Assembly: GCA_963802945.1 (NCBI GenBank)
Contig: CAWDKY010000015.1
Coordinates: 288,001 to 352,000, forward strand
DNA: 64,000 nt
Direction: 5' to 3'
From: an uncultured delta proteobacterium
GTDB taxonomy: Bacteria; Desulfobacterota; RBG-13-43-22
Made by a program: the position numbers and the translations under genes
The notes under the pieces: model-generated
Seen by the model: the letters and a program-made list of their open reading frames with translations, nothing else
What the model was told of the DNA's origin: nothing
Database searches by the model: none
In this document: positions 61,848 through 64,000 of the stretch, piece by piece
Numbering within the stretch: the first letter of the stretch is position 1
Layout: each line of letters begins with the position of its first letter

Positions 61848-63284
61848 TTAGTCCCTTACTGGTTTACATTTCCAAAAATAGGTATGGGCTCCGAGTGTGT
61901 GTCGCAATTGTCTGAAGGTCATCTCGACGCGCATACCCACTTGACATTCATCCGGTTCACGGTCAACCATAAGAAATTGACCCCGTCCCCCTCCATCAAA
62001 ATCGACGACCGCGGCCGTGGCCGGAGGATCGATTCCGCCGGCTAAAAAGTCGTGGCTGAAGCTTCTGACCGTTCCCGCCTTGTCGGCAAATCGATAAGGT
62101 TCAAAATCATCCCTGGCCTGGCATTGGAGGCAGATATGGGCCCGTGTGGAACTCTGGCTGAGATACAACTGCGGAGTCCCGCATTTTTTGCACTTCACCC
62201 CATAGAGCGGCAGGGCCGTTTCATGTTCCCTCCATTGGGCCGACATGGAGGCTGCAGCTGCAGGGGGTCTGGCCGCAGGCGCCAGGGAGATCATTTCCCT
62301 CCACCTCAGGTATCGGCCGTAGCTGTTCAGTATTTTTTTGATTTCCAGGTGTTTCTTGATGCCTCTGCGATTTTTGATATTCTTAATCTCTTCCGTCACC
62401 CGGAGCAGAATCGCTGCACTTCCGTTGCCATAACTCACCAGTAGAATCCGGTCCCCGGGCTTGGCCACCTCCAGGGCCGCTACCAGGATCATCAGCGGAA
62501 GGGCCGTGCCGGTATCCCCCACAGTTCCCAGCAAGGGATCCTGGATCTGTTCTGGTTTAAAGCCCATCTGTTTGCCTAATGTGGCCTGAACTCTGGCGTT
62601 GGCGCCATAAAGACAGACCTTGGCGATATCTCCTTTGGCCACGTTGCTTTTTTTCAGTAAACCTTCAACGGCTTCCTTCGGGATTTTCAGATAACCCTGC
62701 TCACGTCCGAATCGATCCTCCCAATGACGGACGAATTTATCATCGCTGTCCCGCCAGTAATCGCTCAAATCATCGGATAAGGTATAGGAATCTTCGACTT
62801 CAACCGCGACCTTATCCTTTCCAAAAAGCAAGGCGGCACTCCCGTCGCCAAAGGCCATTTCATCCCCACCGGCCGCACCGCCCAAACGCATATCCGCGGC
62901 TGTGACTAATACCTTATTCAATGAACCCGCTTTAACGGCATCCAGGGCAGATAGCATGGCGGTTGTCCCGGCCCGGAGGCAGTTGCTAAAGTCCGCATTG
63001 CGAGATGCTCTCGGAAGATCAAGGGCACTCGCGACGATGTTCGCGCATTGTCGTTCTCGATAAGGTGAACAGGTTGTTGCCATGAACAGGGCATTGACGG
63101 TTTTAGGATCAATGCCTTTCAGGCAGTCCAGGCCGGCGGCGACCGACATGGTTACCGGATCCTCGTCGGATCCTGCGACTGCCTTCTCCCCGCGTCCCCC
63201 GGGCTGACCCCACATCTGCCCGATGACACTTTGAGGCAACCTATAATATGGAATGTATGCGCCGAATGATACAATACCTGCCAT
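61848..63284 (-). CDS. HMG-CoA-synthase-like domain fused to DUF35 (Zn ribbon plus OB fold)
   Basis: GAYIPYYRL, DEDPVTM, FGDGSAA, SYGNG; then CKKCG...CLQC and VGMRVEMTFR...YFWK. Confidence 0.88.
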   Translation of the reverse strand: MAGIVSFGAYIPYYRLPQSVIGQMWGQPGGRGEKAVAGSDEDPVTMSVAAGLDCLKGIDPKTVNALFMATTCSPYRERQCANIVASALDLPRASRNADFSNCLRAGTTAMLSALDAVKAGSLNKVLVTAADMRLGGAAGGDEMAFGDGSAALLFGKDKVAVEVEDSYTLSDDLSDYWRDSDDKFVRHWEDRFGREQGYLKIPKEAVEGLLKKSNVAKGDIAKVCLYGANARVQATLGKQMGFKPEQIQDPLLGTVGDTGTALPLMILVAALEVAKPGDRILLVSYGNGSAAILLRVTEEIKNIKNRRGIKKHLEIKKILNSYGRYLRWREMISLAPAARPPAAAASMSAQWREHETALPLYGVKCKKCGTPQLYLSQSSTRAHICLQCQARDDFEPYRFADKAGTVRSFSHDFLAGGIDPPATAAVVDFDGGGRGQFLMVDREPDECQVGMRVEMTFRQLRHTLGAHTYFWKCKPVRD

Positions 63285-63674
63285 TTTTCCTCCTTTCAAA
63301 TCTTCTGTGTTTTTTCTCTTATTTTGTTGCTTAAAAGACCCCTAAGTAATCAGGTCTTTTCCCCATTGTCCTTTGAAGTCAGGACATATATCTCTTCCCA
63401 TCTCGTGAGATGTTAAAACAAATTTATTTGGGTAAAACTATAATTATTTATAATTTAAACTAAAAAGGCCGTCAAGGAAAAATAAAGGGGGAAAAGAAGA
63501 AACAACTTACGGTCGAAAACAGGGCATTCTGTGGGGTGGTTTCATTTGAGGCTCCCTGCACCAAAGTGTTATCATACAAGGCAAATAGCTACCTATTTGA
63601 ATTTGCTTGCCAATACAGTAAAAAGCTAAACGTGATTGCCATGCAGTCAAATTAACGAGGATGATTTAGATAAT

Positions 63675-63716
63675 CAAACAAAAAGAGGGCTTTGAAAATG
63701 GCCCTCTTTTTGTTTG
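63675..63716. terminator. intrinsic terminator after the thiolase gene
   Basis: Perfect 16-bp stem CAAACAAAAAGAGGGC/GCCCTCTTTTTGTTTG with T-runs on both strands. Confidence 0.85.
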
Positions 63717-63728
63717 GTATCGTAAAAG

Positions 63729-64000
63729 TTAATTAAGTGCTTCTATAATAGTTGTAGCTCCTTGACCTCCTCCGATGCACTGTGTGGCCAATCCATAACG
63801 CTTACCGCTGCGCCGGAGTTCCTTGGCCACTGTGAAAACGAGCCGATTGCCTGTCGCGCCGATCGGGTGTCCGATACCGAGAGATCCGCCGTTGACGTTC
63901 ACCTTGTCCTCAGAGATGCCGAGTTCCTTCAATGTGCCAATAACCTGACAGGCGAAGGCCTCATTGAATTCAATCCGATCGATCTGATCAATCGTCAGTC
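63729..64000 (-). CDS. classical thiolase, 3' end (runs off window end)
   Basis: EFNEAFA, VNVNGG..GIGHPIGATG, CIGGGQG. Confidence 0.92.
   Translation of the reverse strand, partial: LTIDQIDRIEFNEAFACQVIGTLKELGISEDKVNVNGGSLGIGHPIGATGNRLVFTVAKELRRSGKRYGLATQCIGGGQGATTIIEALN

Overview
Bacterial chromosomal segment; gene content (NikR/ECF Ni transporter, NfnAB, FolE2, LpxI, N-terminally extended BamA) suggests an anaerobic Desulfobacterota/deltaproteobacterium (inference). In order: rlmE (partial), radC, an XRE-cupin regulator, nikR with two candidate operators, a broken outer-membrane channel gene and nikMNQO, fabH, purH-like/folE2/nfnBA, a decayed RAYT (REP-associated tyrosine transposase) locus carrying a lipoprotein gene between duplicated MFS 3' ends, and a ~23 kb envelope operon (lysS-lolCE-lolD-bamA-skp-lpxD-fabZ-lpxA-lpxI-truncated gnnA-like-lpxB-msbA-[GT2, DUF2304, deacetylase, ArnT-like]-lptF-lpxK-three GT9s-trm112). 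After that come an AT-rich lpxL next to an IS relic, namZ, pyrE, a Nudix gene, tRNA-Pro(CGG), an acyl-CoA dehydrogenase pair, a ~7 kb defence island and thiolase/HMGS-DUF35 genes. The best candidate for a new system is the island: a Type I R-M operon (hsdR-hsdM-hsdS) tightly coupled to an RsbW-like ATPase/kinase, a STAS-like protein and a PIN RNase, bracketed by inverted REP-like motifs. Many intergenic spacers hold hairpins built of tandem 7-8 bp units. Several essential genes (lysS, lpxD, lpxB, lolCE) are frameshifted, so uncorrected sequencing indels are likely and frameshift-based pseudogene calls are uncertain. All product calls come from motif recognition by eye; no database search was run.
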